This document shows, piece after piece, positions 1 to 9,326 of a stretch of DNA of 64,000 nucleotides. Source of the stretch: Nitriliruptoraceae bacterium (lineage in GTDB: Bacteria > Actinomycetota > Nitriliruptoria > Nitriliruptorales > Nitriliruptoraceae); assembly GCA_050480705.1 (NCBI GenBank), contig JBJHAX010000008.1:8-64007 (forward strand). The letters are read 5' to 3'. Positions within the stretch are counted from its first letter, which is position 1. The number at the start of each line of letters is the position of its first letter. Both the position numbers and the translations under genes were made by a program. The notes beneath the pieces are model-generated. The model was given only the letters and a program-made list of their open reading frames with translations. It did not search any database and had not been told where the DNA came from.

Positions 1-520
1 ACACTGGCGCGACGCGTCGGGACAGGCACACGCTCGTCTGTTCGCCAATATCGCGATCGTCGGCGGCGGTGTCGACGTGGTCAACCGTGCGAGGCGCCTG
101 CCGCGCGCGCTCGGTCCTCGTCGCACTGCGGCCGCTCGACTCGGCGTCCCGGGCGCCGCACGTCGACCGACGACTGTCACCGTCGAAGGATCGTCGACCG
201 ACGAGCCGGTCAGCGCGGTCGTGATCGCCAACGGGCAGTTCACCGGGGGTGGGCTGCATCTGTCGCCGCGTTCCATTCCCACCGACGGACGTCTCGAGGT
301 CCAGACGTGGCGGCGGCGCGCCACCTACATGGCTCGCCGCGCGCACCGGCTCAGCAACGGACGCCACCTGCAGGGTGCTGACACGCGTCTGTGGTCCACC
401 GCCAGCGTGGAGGTCACCTCGGTGGGACCACTGGCGTTGCGTCTCGACGGTGTCGAGGTCGACGCGGCCACCGATATCCGCATCGGCGTGTTGCGCGGGG
501 CGCTGCACCTCAGAGTCTGA
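1..520 (+). CDS. Diacylglycerol/lipid kinase family protein, C-terminal part (5' end outside window)
   Basis: The frame is open from the window edge to the TGA at 518-520. The segments ...ARLFANIAIVGGGVDVVNRARRLP... and ...AVVIANGQFTGGGLHLSPRSIPTDGRLEVQ... resemble the C-terminal domain of DagK/YegS-type lipid kinases (recognised from memory). Confidence 0.55.
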   Translation, partial: HWRDASGQAHARLFANIAIVGGGVDVVNRARRLPRALGPRRTAAARLGVPGAARRPTTVTVEGSSTDEPVSAVVIANGQFTGGGLHLSPRSIPTDGRLEVQTWRRRATYMARRAHRLSNGRHLQGADTRLWSTASVEVTSVGPLALRLDGVEVDAATDIRIGVLRGALHLRV

Positions 521-621
521 AAGGTCGCCACCAGCACGCTGTCGAGGCGCCCGAGCGAGGCCCGGACCCCTACGCTCCGTACATTCCGGGACTTCCGACA
601 GCGGTGCGACGCGAGGTATGT

Positions 622-1719
622 GTGGTGGACCGACGACGGCTCGAGCGTGCACGGCAGGTCATGGCATCCAATGACGTGGACGCGTTGCTCGTCGGTCCCG
701 GCGCGGACCTGTCGTATCTGACCGGCTACCACGCGCTGGCGCTCGAGCGCCTGACGATGTTGGTGCTTGCGCGCAGTGGTGACGCACTGCTGGTCGTGCC
801 CGAACTCGAACACGAGCGTGCACTCGCCGCGGGAGCGCAGCGACTCGTCGACGTCGCCACCTGGCCGGAGACCACCGACCCGGTCGCGCTCGTCGTCGAT
901 CACCTGGGCCCGGCCGGAAAGGGACGCATCGCCGTGCAGGATCGCCTGTGGACGTCGTTCACGTTGCGTCTGCAGGCGGCGATGCCCCACGCGGCGTGGA
1001 TCGAGGGTTCGCAGATCACTCACCCGCTGCGCGTGGTCAAGGACGATGCTGAACTGGACGCGGTGTCAGCGGCCGCCGAGGCCATCGATGCCGTGCACGC
1101 GCGCGTCCCCGAGGTGCTGCGGCCGGGTCGACGGGAACGCGACGTCGCACGTGACCTCGCGGAAATGATCCTCGAGGACCATGAGAAGGTGAACTTCGTG
1201 ATCGTCGCCTCGGGCCCCAACGGCGCGTCGCCGCACCACGAGACGGGTGAGCGGGTCATCGAGAACGGCGACGCCGTCGTCGTCGATATCGGCGGGACTC
1301 GCCAGGGCTACTGCTCGGACGCGACGCGCAACTACGTGGTCGGGCATGCTCCCGACGGCTACGCCGAGATGCACGAGGTTCTGCTCGCCGCACAACGCGC
1401 GGCCGTTGATGCCGTCGCACCGGGGGTCGCCGCCGAGGACGTCGATGCGGCTGCGCGGCGTGTGATCACCGACGCTGGATTCGGCGCAGCGTTCGTTCAT
1501 CGCACAGGCCACGGGATCGGCCTCGAGGAACACGAGGAACCCTGGATCGTTGAAGGGAACACGACGCCACTCGCGGTGAACATGACCTTCTCGATCGAGC
1601 CGGGCATCTACCTTGGAGGGCGCTACGGGGCGCGCATCGAGGACATCGTGGCCGTGGAGGCCGGTCAGGCACGTCGCTTGAACCGCCGTCCGCGTGATCT
1701 GACCGTGTGTTCCGTGTGA
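622..1719 (+). CDS. M24 family Xaa-Pro aminopeptidase/dipeptidase
   Basis: Taken from ORF 391..1719. The upstream part overlaps the previous gene, so the start is placed at GTG 622 (alternative ATG 661). It has a prolidase-type N-domain (DALLVGPGADLSYLTGY) and an M24 core with metal-ligand contexts DAVVVDIGG, HRTGHGIGLEEHE, SIEPGIY and ARIED. Confidence 0.85.
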   Translation: MVDRRRLERARQVMASNDVDALLVGPGADLSYLTGYHALALERLTMLVLARSGDALLVVPELEHERALAAGAQRLVDVATWPETTDPVALVVDHLGPAGKGRIAVQDRLWTSFTLRLQAAMPHAAWIEGSQITHPLRVVKDDAELDAVSAAAEAIDAVHARVPEVLRPGRRERDVARDLAEMILEDHEKVNFVIVASGPNGASPHHETGERVIENGDAVVVDIGGTRQGYCSDATRNYVVGHAPDGYAEMHEVLLAAQRAAVDAVAPGVAAEDVDAAARRVITDAGFGAAFVHRTGHGIGLEEHEEPWIVEGNTTPLAVNMTFSIEPGIYLGGRYGARIEDIVAVEAGQARRLNRRPRDLTVCSV

Positions 1720-1736
1720 GCGAGTGAGGACGTGCC

Positions 1737-2234
1737 ATGATCATCCGCCGCGCGCGAATTGAAGAGGTCCGCGACCTCGCGGACGCGTATCGCCGGGAAC
1801 TCGAGGAGGAACGCGAGCTGCCGGCGGATCCACCCCTGCCGCAGGGAGGCGTCTACTGGATCGCGCTCGATGCCGACGACGATCGCCGTCTTGGATACGC
1901 CGCAGGCACCCTGCGCCCGACCGGGCTGACCATCGGGCCGGTGTACACGTGTCCTGAGGCGCGCGGGCGTGGTGTCGGCGGTGCGCTGGTTGCAGCAGTG
2001 CAGTCGTGGGCGACCGACACCGGTGTCCCCGTCGTCGAGATCTCCGTCGCTGCACGCAACGACGACGCGCTTCGTTTCCTCACCGCGCTGGGCTACCAAC
2101 CACGCCGCGTGCTGATGTCGCTTCGTCCCGATGCATCGACTGCCGAGGACGCGGGGGCCACCCACACGGGCGAGGAAGCCAACGCTTTGACCGACGTCGG
2201 CACCGAGGACGGCGACGGGAACGATGCCGGGTGA
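1737..2234 (+). CDS. GNAT family N-acetyltransferase
   Basis: 165-aa ORF carrying the acetyl-CoA binding motif VYTCPEARGRGVGGALVAAV, followed by ...ARNDDALRFLTALGY. Confidence 0.8.
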   Translation: MIIRRARIEEVRDLADAYRRELEEERELPADPPLPQGGVYWIALDADDDRRLGYAAGTLRPTGLTIGPVYTCPEARGRGVGGALVAAVQSWATDTGVPVVEISVAARNDDALRFLTALGYQPRRVLMSLRPDASTAEDAGATHTGEEANALTDVGTEDGDGNDAG

Positions 2235-2545
2235 ACCTCGAGCACCGGCGCCGACGTGCGACGCGCCGCGTCTTTCTCACAGGCCCCGCACTCGGCCTGA
2301 TGGGCGCGGCCGGCCTCGGCATCGCGGGATTTCCCGGCCGTGCCGGGTTCGCGTCGCTGCTCGTGATGACGGCGTTCGGCGGGATGGCCGCCGGCCTGAC
2401 CGGCATGATCGTCGCGGTCGTCGACGAGGTCCGGCGTGAAGCAGTCTCGTGGCGCCGTGGCGTCGAAGCGCTCGCGTACTTCGCCGTCGCTGGCCTGTGC
2501 CTGTTCGCGCTCGGTGCGTTGTCCACCGCAGCCCACCAGGTGTGA
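2231..2545 (+). CDS. Small hypothetical membrane protein
   Basis: GTG 2231 overlaps the GNAT stop (GTGA). The 104-aa product has three hydrophobic segments (LGLMGAAGLGIAGF, SLLVMTAFGGMAAGLTGMIVAVV, ALAYFAVAGLCLFALGAL). No family recognised. Confidence 0.4.
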   Translation: MNLEHRRRRATRRVFLTGPALGLMGAAGLGIAGFPGRAGFASLLVMTAFGGMAAGLTGMIVAVVDEVRREAVSWRRGVEALAYFAVAGLCLFALGALSTAAHQV

Positions 2546-2688
2546 GCTGTTGCCGGGGCGTGCCTGCGCCACGCGTGGCCGGCCAACGTCTACCATCGCG
2601 CTCGCTGGATGGACGTGGTGGCGTGAAGCCTCGACGGGAGTATGCGACGGCGTGGGAGCCGTGAGACCGTGAAGACGGGAGCGCGGGC

Positions 2689-4305
2689 GTGAGCCTGGGC
2701 CTGGGCCGCCGAGCGGCTGTCGCGCCGACCCTCGAGCGCGAGCGGGCTGCGCCACGCGGACTGCTGGTCACCGCTGATCGCATCGTCACGATGGGTCATG
2801 CACGCACCCGTGCCGTGGCACTGCTGGTCCGTGGCAGCCGCGTGGTGTGGGTCGGTGACGACGTCACCCAGGCGCCTGAACATCAGGACCACATCGATCT
2901 GACCGGGTGCGTCGTCGGGCCCGCGTTCGTCGATGCGCACGCGCACCTGACTCCGACCGGCCTGGCGCGTACCGGTCTCGACCTCGCTGACATCGCCAGT
3001 GGCGCCGAACTCCTCCACGCCGTCTCGGCCTTCGCCGCCCACCACGCCGGACGCGTGATCTGGGGGCACGGCCTGGACCCCCACGACTACCCGGACGCGT
3101 TGCCGGATCCTGATGCGCTCGCCGAGGTCGCCGACGGACGCACGGTCTACCTCGCCCATGTCGACGGACACGCATGCCTGGTCGACCGGCGCACGCTCGC
3201 CTCGGCACCGCTGAGCCGTGCCGAGGGCATCGAACGTGACGCGTATGGCAATCCGACAGGGATGTTGCGACGAGAGGCGAACCACATCGTGCGCCGCTGG
3301 GCGGTTGGCGCCATGGACGCCTCGACGCTCGCGTCGGCACGCGACGCCGCCGCACGGCACGCAGCCTCGCTGGGGATCGGGTCCGTCCACGAAATGGGAG
3401 GCCCCGACCTGATGGGTCTGGACGACTTCGACGCCTGGGTGCATGGGGCGTGGCCGATCGAGGTCGTGCCCTACTGGGGCGAACTCGACGTCGACGTCCC
3501 ACTGTCGCGCGACTTGAGGCACGTCGGCGGTGACCTGTACCTCGACGGGTCGCTGGGAGCGCACACCGCTGCACTGTGCACCCCGTACGCCGATCGTCCT
3601 TCGACGAGCGGACATCTGGAGATCGACGACGCGACCTTGACGTCCTGGTACGTCGAGGCCGCCCTCGGTGGCCTGCAGACCGGCGTGCACGCCATGGGTG
3701 ACGCGGCGCTGCGCCAGGTCGTGCGGTGCTGGCATGCCGCACGCCAGCGGCTCGACGAACTGGGGGCGGGGGATGTGGTGCGGCGCGGCCGTCACCGTGT
3801 CGAGCACGCCGAGGTTCTGCCACCCGATCTGCTCGACGATGTCGCCGAACTCGGGCTCATCGTGTCGTGTCAGCCGACGGTCGAGGCGCGCTGGGGTGGT
3901 CCCGGCGGAATGTACGAACGGCGGCTGGGCCCGGAACGCACCGCCTGGGTCGCTCCACTTCGCGCGCTGGCCGACCGCGGTGTCGGCATCGCATTCGGGT
4001 CTGATGCGAACGTGTTGCCCATGGATCCGTGGGCGACAATCCGGTCAGCGGAGCACCGCGCTCATCCCGAGCATGCGGTGAGCCGACTCGAAGCGGTGTC
4101 CATGTCGACACTCGGCGGACGTCACGCCGCCCGACAGGAACGCTACGTCGGCGTGGTCCGGGCTGGCATGCGCGCGGATCTGGCCGTGTTCGAAGGGGAC
4201 CCATACGCCGCCGCCGATCCTCGTGGCACGCGATCTGTGCTCACCGTCGTCCACGGGCGCGTCGCGCACGGAGATGCGCCGCTGCCCGACGCGCCAGGAC
4301 GCTGA
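2689..4305 (+). CDS. Amidohydrolase family protein (amidohydrolase_3 / YtcJ-like metal-dependent hydrolase)
   Basis: 538-aa ORF with an N-terminal GPAFVDAHAHL (HxH) metal motif and later HAMGD, VEHAEV and FGSDANV, typical of this superfamily. Confidence 0.8.
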   Translation: MSLGLGRRAAVAPTLERERAAPRGLLVTADRIVTMGHARTRAVALLVRGSRVVWVGDDVTQAPEHQDHIDLTGCVVGPAFVDAHAHLTPTGLARTGLDLADIASGAELLHAVSAFAAHHAGRVIWGHGLDPHDYPDALPDPDALAEVADGRTVYLAHVDGHACLVDRRTLASAPLSRAEGIERDAYGNPTGMLRREANHIVRRWAVGAMDASTLASARDAAARHAASLGIGSVHEMGGPDLMGLDDFDAWVHGAWPIEVVPYWGELDVDVPLSRDLRHVGGDLYLDGSLGAHTAALCTPYADRPSTSGHLEIDDATLTSWYVEAALGGLQTGVHAMGDAALRQVVRCWHAARQRLDELGAGDVVRRGRHRVEHAEVLPPDLLDDVAELGLIVSCQPTVEARWGGPGGMYERRLGPERTAWVAPLRALADRGVGIAFGSDANVLPMDPWATIRSAEHRAHPEHAVSRLEAVSMSTLGGRHAARQERYVGVVRAGMRADLAVFEGDPYAAADPRGTRSVLTVVHGRVAHGDAPLPDAPGR

Positions 4306-4739
4306 ACGGTGCGCGGCATCGCGACGTCGCGCGCGTTGCGCGCAACGTCGACGCATCGAGTGGACCGATCGCTTGACGTTGCCTCGGTGGGCTGATTGCG
4401 TGCGGAGTCGCACGTGACACGCCGCCCGCGTGCCGCGTCGTACGAGGTCCGGGACGGGAGCGAGCGCCCAGGCGCTGCGATCATCCCGCCGGCTCGCGCA
4501 GGCTCCGGGCGGCAGCCGCGCCGGTACGAGGCTCAGTAGACAACGCGGTTCGACGGTCGTTGTCGGCCGCGGCCCCAACGGTCTCGATCCGTCGCCTGGC
4601 GACGAGGGCCCCGGGAGATCTGCCGGGGCCCTCGCTTCGCCCGGCAGGCGTGAAGGTTCGGCGCGCGTTGCGACTCCGGTACCGACTCTGGTACCAAGCG
4701 GCCTCGTCAGCAGGGTTCTGCGCGAACCGGAGGACCGAG

Positions 4740-5171
4740 GTGGCAGGACGCACGTCAGCGGCGGGCGACGAAGAGCTCGACGACACCACGCGTACGTCAG
4801 ATGACGAGGGCGAGGTGTTCGACGACTTCGACGACGAGGACCTCGACGACGCGGCTGATCTGGACGACGCGAGTCATCTGGACGACGCGATCGACGAGGA
4901 CCTCGACGACGAAGACGAGGACGACGAGCTTGCGTCGACCGACACCCTCGACGGCGGGTTGCCTGGCGAGGTCATCGAAGAACTCGAAGACGAACAGATC
5001 GCCGTCGCGGCGGCACGAACCCTCGACGAGGACCTCGACGCGGTCGGTGACGATGACGACGAGCTCGAAGGGCTGCGCGACGGAGAGTTCGTCTGTTCGT
5101 CATGCCATTTGGCGCGTCGTGAGACGCAGCTCGCCGATCCGAAACGCCTGCTCTGCCGCGATTGCGTGTGA
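4740..5171 (+). CDS. DUF4193 family protein (acidic, C-terminal four-Cys zinc-ribbon-like tail)
   Basis: GTG 4740 is preceded by GGAGGA. The body is extremely acidic and ends in FVCSSCHLARRETQLADPKRLLCRDCV, as in actinobacterial DUF4193 proteins. The upstream extension of ORF 4560..5171 is basic and non-coding-like. Confidence 0.7.
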   Translation: MAGRTSAAGDEELDDTTRTSDDEGEVFDDFDDEDLDDAADLDDASHLDDAIDEDLDDEDEDDELASTDTLDGGLPGEVIEELEDEQIAVAAARTLDEDLDAVGDDDDELEGLRDGEFVCSSCHLARRETQLADPKRLLCRDCV

Positions 5172-6727
5172 TCGCTCCGAGGATGCTCGTCGCCCCGCTG
5201 TTCGCGGCGGCATCCGGTGTCGCGCTGCTCGTCAGCCACGCGCCCGTATCGTGGTGGTGGGCGAGCTTCCTGCACGCTCCGTTGCTCGTCGCAGCGCTGT
5301 GGTGGGACGAGCAGGGCCGTAGTGCTCGCTTCGGTGCGATCGCCGGCGTTGCAGCGTTCGCACCGATGATCAGCTGGCTGATTGCGCCTGCGGGGATCGT
5401 TGGATGGGGCCTTCTCGTTGCGGTGCAGGTCGGTTGGTACGCACTGCTCGCCTGGTTGCTGGGACGGCTCCGCGACCACGCGCTGCTGCCGCTCGTCGCC
5501 GCCATGGTCGTCACCGGCATCGACGCCTGGCGCGGCATCGTGCCGCTGAACGGTTTCGAATGGGGCGCGATCGCCTACGCCCACGGCGATTCGTCCTGGC
5601 TGCTGCCCGTCGCCCGGGTCGCCGGTGGCCGGGGCATCACATTTCTCGTCGTGCTCATCGGTGTCGGCGCGCTGGTCTTCGCACGATCCGTCTGGCGCAA
5701 ACACCGCGAGGCGGAAGATCGCGGCATCAACGGCGACGCGGCACGCACGATCGAGGCGTTCGACGCAGCGCGCGTCCCCGCTGCGCAGCTGTTGGTGGGC
5801 CTCGTCGCATCCGCACTGCTGGTTGCCGACGCGCCCGAGCCGACCGGCACGCTCGACGTGCTGGTCGTGCAGGGCAACGACATCCGCCACTGGGAGGAAC
5901 CGGTCTCCGACCCGCCGCTGCACATCACCACCAACCTGCGCGACCAGACACTGCGAGCCCTCGAAGCCGGAGGCCCCGCTGATCTGGTTGTGTGGCCGGA
6001 GAGCTCCGTCGACCGGGATCCGGCGTCGCCGGCCGGGGCGAGTCTGGCGCCGCTGCTCGACGAGGCGGTCCACGCCGCCGGCGAACTGCTCGCCGGCACC
6101 ACACTCGATGGCCCTGACGCGACGACCGAGCGGTATGTCGCGGCGTCGCGCTACATCGCCGGGCAGGGCGAGGTCGACCGCTACGTCAAGCGTCGACTCG
6201 TGCCCTTCGGCGAGTACGTTCCGGCGCGGGCGCTGCTCGATTGGTTCCCACCGCTCGAGCAGGTGCCTCGCGATGCGATCTCGGGCGGCGGCCCGGACGC
6301 GATGGCCACGCGTGACGGTGTGCGTCTGGCCATCGTGATCTGCTTCGAAACGCTCTTCGCCGACATCGTGCGAAGCAATGTCCTCGCCGAGGAACAACCC
6401 GCGGAACTCGTGCTGACCCTGACCAACGACGCCTCTTTCCAGGACAGCGCCGAACCTGACCAGCATCTCGCCCAGAGTCGCCTGCGAGCCGTCGAGACGG
6501 GCCGGTGGGTGGTGCACGCGGCGCTGTCGGGCTCCTCGGCGTTCGTCGACCCGCACGGCGGCATCCACGACGCGACGCCGGTGTTCACCGCGACCACGAT
6601 TCGCCGCGACGTGCCGCTGGTCGAAGCACGCACGCCGTTTCTGGTCGTGGGTGACCTCACCGGTCACGCCACTCGCGTCGGCGTGTTCGGCTTGGCGCTG
6701 CTCGGGGTGGCAAGGCGACGCCGGTGA
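5162..6727 (+). CDS. lnt: Apolipoprotein N-acyltransferase
   Basis: 521-aa ORF starting at TTG 5162 (alternatives GTG 5168, ATG 5183). A polytopic N-terminal membrane region is followed by a CN-hydrolase domain with VVWPESS (Glu), KRRLVPFGEYVP (Lys) and VICFE (Cys). Confidence 0.88.
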   Translation: MRVIAPRMLVAPLFAAASGVALLVSHAPVSWWWASFLHAPLLVAALWWDEQGRSARFGAIAGVAAFAPMISWLIAPAGIVGWGLLVAVQVGWYALLAWLLGRLRDHALLPLVAAMVVTGIDAWRGIVPLNGFEWGAIAYAHGDSSWLLPVARVAGGRGITFLVVLIGVGALVFARSVWRKHREAEDRGINGDAARTIEAFDAARVPAAQLLVGLVASALLVADAPEPTGTLDVLVVQGNDIRHWEEPVSDPPLHITTNLRDQTLRALEAGGPADLVVWPESSVDRDPASPAGASLAPLLDEAVHAAGELLAGTTLDGPDATTERYVAASRYIAGQGEVDRYVKRRLVPFGEYVPARALLDWFPPLEQVPRDAISGGGPDAMATRDGVRLAIVICFETLFADIVRSNVLAEEQPAELVLTLTNDASFQDSAEPDQHLAQSRLRAVETGRWVVHAALSGSSAFVDPHGGIHDATPVFTATTIRRDVPLVEARTPFLVVGDLTGHATRVGVFGLALLGVARRRR

Positions 6728-6768
6728 GCAGGTAGCCTCCCGCGACGGCCGGGCCCGCTGCCCGGAGC

Positions 6769-6844
6769 GCCCCCGTCGTCCAGCGGCCTAGGATCCCACC
6801 CTTTCAAGGTGGTGACGCCGGTTCGAATCCGGTCGGGGGTACCA
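6769..6844 (+). tRNA. tRNA-Glu (anticodon TTC), 3' CCA encoded
   Basis: The sequence folds as a cloverleaf. The acceptor stem is GCCCCCG/CGGGGGT. The anticodon stem is CCACC/GGTGG with loop CTTTCAA. The T-arm is GCCGG-TTCGAAT-CCGGT, followed by ACCA. Confidence 0.93.
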
Positions 6845-6887
6845 TCACCGACTCGTGGGACCATGCACTGCACGGGCGAGGAGCGAC

Positions 6888-7355
6888 GTGACGGCGAAGA
6901 TCGAAGTACAGGTCCCCGTCGAGCGCCAGAAGGCCGCACAGGCCGCCGGCAACTTCGAACTCGAGGACCTGCCGGGCAAACTCGCGTCACCGAACGCGGC
7001 TGTGCGTGTGGGCAAGACGACCAAGGCCGACAAGCCCCTCAAGAGCGTTCGATCGCTCAACGGGATCACGAAGCTGTCACCCGGTCAGGTCATCGCCAAC
7101 TACGGCCGTTCTGAATCCCGTTGGGCGATGTCATACCAGAAGCGCCGGGCGGGCAGCGCGGAGTTCCAGGAACTGCTGTCCTACGCGCGCCAGATCATCG
7201 GTCTCGACGCCGACGGGCAACTGCTGATCTGCCTCATGGGTCACGCGGGCCAGGGTCCCTGCATCCCCCTGTGGGTTCCGCGCGAAGAGGTCACGCTCAC
7301 CGTGCAGCCAAACGACATCATCCTGCGCTTCGACGGCATGACCTTCGACTGGTGA
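6888..7355 (+). CDS. Hypothetical protein (155 aa, no family recognised)
   Basis: GTG 6888 lies 6 nt after GAGGAG, and GC3 codon bias holds throughout. The stop overlaps the start of the next gene (GTGA at 7352-7355), suggesting translational coupling. Confidence 0.55.
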   Translation: MTAKIEVQVPVERQKAAQAAGNFELEDLPGKLASPNAAVRVGKTTKADKPLKSVRSLNGITKLSPGQVIANYGRSESRWAMSYQKRRAGSAEFQELLSYARQIIGLDADGQLLICLMGHAGQGPCIPLWVPREEVTLTVQPNDIILRFDGMTFDW

Positions 7356-8116
7356 ACGCGGCCGAACTGCGTGCCTTCACACACGAGCTCGCGGACGCCG
7401 CTGATGCCATCAGCCTCCCCGCGTTCCGGGACGGTGTGAGCGTGCGCACCAAGAACGACGGGACCTGGGTCACCGACGCCGACACCGGTATCGAACAGCG
7501 TCTCGGTGAGCTCATCCGAGCACGTCTGCCCGACCATGCCGTGTTCGGTGAGGAGACGGGCCGCGTCGGCCCCGACGATGCACCGACGTGGGTCATCGAC
7601 CCGATCGACGGCACCACCAACTTCGTGAAGGGCAACCCCATCTTCGCGACACTCATCGCGGTGCGTGTCGACGAACAGGAGGTCGCTGCGGTCGTCTCCG
7701 CTCCAGCACTCGGCACACGCTGGGACGCTGCATCCGGCCAGGGTGCGCGCTGTAACGGGCGTGCGATCCAGGTGTCGGATATCGACGATCTCGGCGATGC
7801 CGAAGTCGCGTTCGGAGGTCTGGGCTGGTTCGAACAGCTCGGCTGGGGTGACGCGCTGCGACGCATCGTCGGCGCGACACGCCGCCAACGCGGCTATGGC
7901 GATTTCTGGCAGCACTGCCTGGTCGCGCAGGGCAGCACGGACGTCGCGCTCGAGGCCACCGTGAACCTATGGGATCTGGCCGCGGTCAAACTCGTCGTGG
8001 AGGAGGCTGGCGGGCGCTTCACGTCCTTCGACGGCGTCGCCACAGCCGACGGCGGCAACGCCGTCAGCTCGAACGGTCACCTCCACCCCTCCGTGCTGGG
8101 CCTGCTCCACGATTGA
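7352..8116 (+). CDS. hisN: Histidinol-phosphatase, inositol monophosphatase family (HisN-like)
   Basis: Contains the IMPase motifs FGEE, WVIDPIDGTTNF and WDLAA. The C-terminal half (YGDFWQHCLVAQGSTDVALE...EEAGGRFTSFDG) closely resembles actinobacterial HisN as I remember it. Confidence 0.75.
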   Translation: MNAAELRAFTHELADAADAISLPAFRDGVSVRTKNDGTWVTDADTGIEQRLGELIRARLPDHAVFGEETGRVGPDDAPTWVIDPIDGTTNFVKGNPIFATLIAVRVDEQEVAAVVSAPALGTRWDAASGQGARCNGRAIQVSDIDDLGDAEVAFGGLGWFEQLGWGDALRRIVGATRRQRGYGDFWQHCLVAQGSTDVALEATVNLWDLAAVKLVVEEAGGRFTSFDGVATADGGNAVSSNGHLHPSVLGLLHD

Positions 8117-8188
8117 CGGCCGCTGAGACGCACTGCGACGTCGAACCTTGGCCGTGATGTCCCGCGTGGCGCGTAGCCTGACCATCCC

Positions 8189-9301
8189 ATGGACCCTTCG
8201 ACGAGCTCCGAGATCGCCGCGGCGACGCCGTCCGAGCAGGGCGCGCTGCTCGATGATGAGGAACTCGACGCGTTGGTCGGCCCGACACCGCCGCCGCTCG
8301 AGGACGCGGCCGGGCGGATACGCCTGTCGTTCAGCCGCATCGACATGTACGAGAACTGCCCGCGCCGCTTCCGCTACGCCTACATCGACCGTCTGCCCGG
8401 CAAGCCGAGTCCTGCGCTCTCGTTCGGCTCCTCGGTCCACGCAGCACTCGAGGAGTTCTACGACCGTAAGTTGCCGGATTGTCCCACCGAAGATGAACTG
8501 CTCGACCTGCTCTACGAGCACTGGGACTCGAGCGGATTCGAGGCGCTGCCTCGTGACGAACAGGTCGCCTACTACCGGCATGCCCAGCAGACGCTTCGCC
8601 GCTACCACCGTCGCATCGCCGGCGAGTACCGGCTGCCCGTCACGACCGAGGCGTGGTTCGAGCTGCCGTTCGATGACATCGCCGTCGTGGTGGGGTCGAT
8701 CGACCGGGTCGACAGCGATGACGATGGGCAACTCCACGTCGTCGATTACAAGACCAGTCGGCGAGCACAGCCACGACAGCGCGTGGAACGGTCGCTGCAA
8801 CTGGCCATCTACGCGCTCGCGTGCGAGCATCTGTTCGGACGCCTGCCCAGCACCGTCGCGCTCGACTTCGTCGTCGCGGATGCGACCGTGCGTGTGCCGG
8901 TCGAGGACATGGACCTCGATGCGGTGCCGGGTCGCGTTCGTGCTGCGGCGGAATCCATCCGCGCGGGACAGTTCGCGCCGACACCCAACCGCCTGTGCGA
9001 CTGGTGCGACTACCGGCCTTTGTGTCCCGCCTGGCCCGAGGAGCACGACGGCGACGGACTCGGACCTGCGACAGCACGGCTGGACGAGCTTCGTCGGCGT
9101 CTTGGCCGCGAGGCTCGCGAACTGCGCGAACTCGAGGCGGGCATCACACGGTTGCGTGAGGAGATCGACCAGCAGGGGGAGCCGTCCACGGCGAGCGCGG
9201 CGGGACAAGCGCACCGGTCGGGGCAGCCGGGTGGCGAGGAACGCTCGGGCGATCCGCAGCCTGACGATCCACAGCCCGACGGTAGCCTCGACGAGTCGTA
9301 G
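8189..9301 (+). CDS. PD-(D/E)XK nuclease family protein (RecB/Cas4-like, Fe-S cluster type) with C-terminal coiled-coil and low-complexity tail
   Basis: One Cys lies in YENCPRRF and a CDWCDYRPLC cluster follows, matching Cas4/AddB-type 4Fe-4S ligands. The nuclease core shows GSIDRVD...HVVDYKTS and QLAIYALA. The tail is rich in E/R (LRELEAGITRLREEI). Confidence 0.75.
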   Translation: MDPSTSSEIAAATPSEQGALLDDEELDALVGPTPPPLEDAAGRIRLSFSRIDMYENCPRRFRYAYIDRLPGKPSPALSFGSSVHAALEEFYDRKLPDCPTEDELLDLLYEHWDSSGFEALPRDEQVAYYRHAQQTLRRYHRRIAGEYRLPVTTEAWFELPFDDIAVVVGSIDRVDSDDDGQLHVVDYKTSRRAQPRQRVERSLQLAIYALACEHLFGRLPSTVALDFVVADATVRVPVEDMDLDAVPGRVRAAAESIRAGQFAPTPNRLCDWCDYRPLCPAWPEEHDGDGLGPATARLDELRRRLGREARELRELEAGITRLREEIDQQGEPSTASAAGQAHRSGQPGGEERSGDPQPDDPQPDGSLDES

Positions 9302-9326
9302 GGAGCTCGCGGCGAGGAGGCGTGCG

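Noticed and set aside
4800-5060. Apparent tandem DNA repeats (GACGAGGACCTCGACGAC and related).
   Set aside because: They lie inside the DUF4193 coding frame and simply encode its D/E/L-rich acidic region. This is a coding low-complexity segment, not a structural repeat element.
6769-8200. Genomic island or integrated element at the tRNA-Glu gene.
   Set aside because: I noticed no integrase, recombinase, direct repeat of the tRNA 3' end or compositional shift. The downstream genes are hisN-like and other core-type genes.
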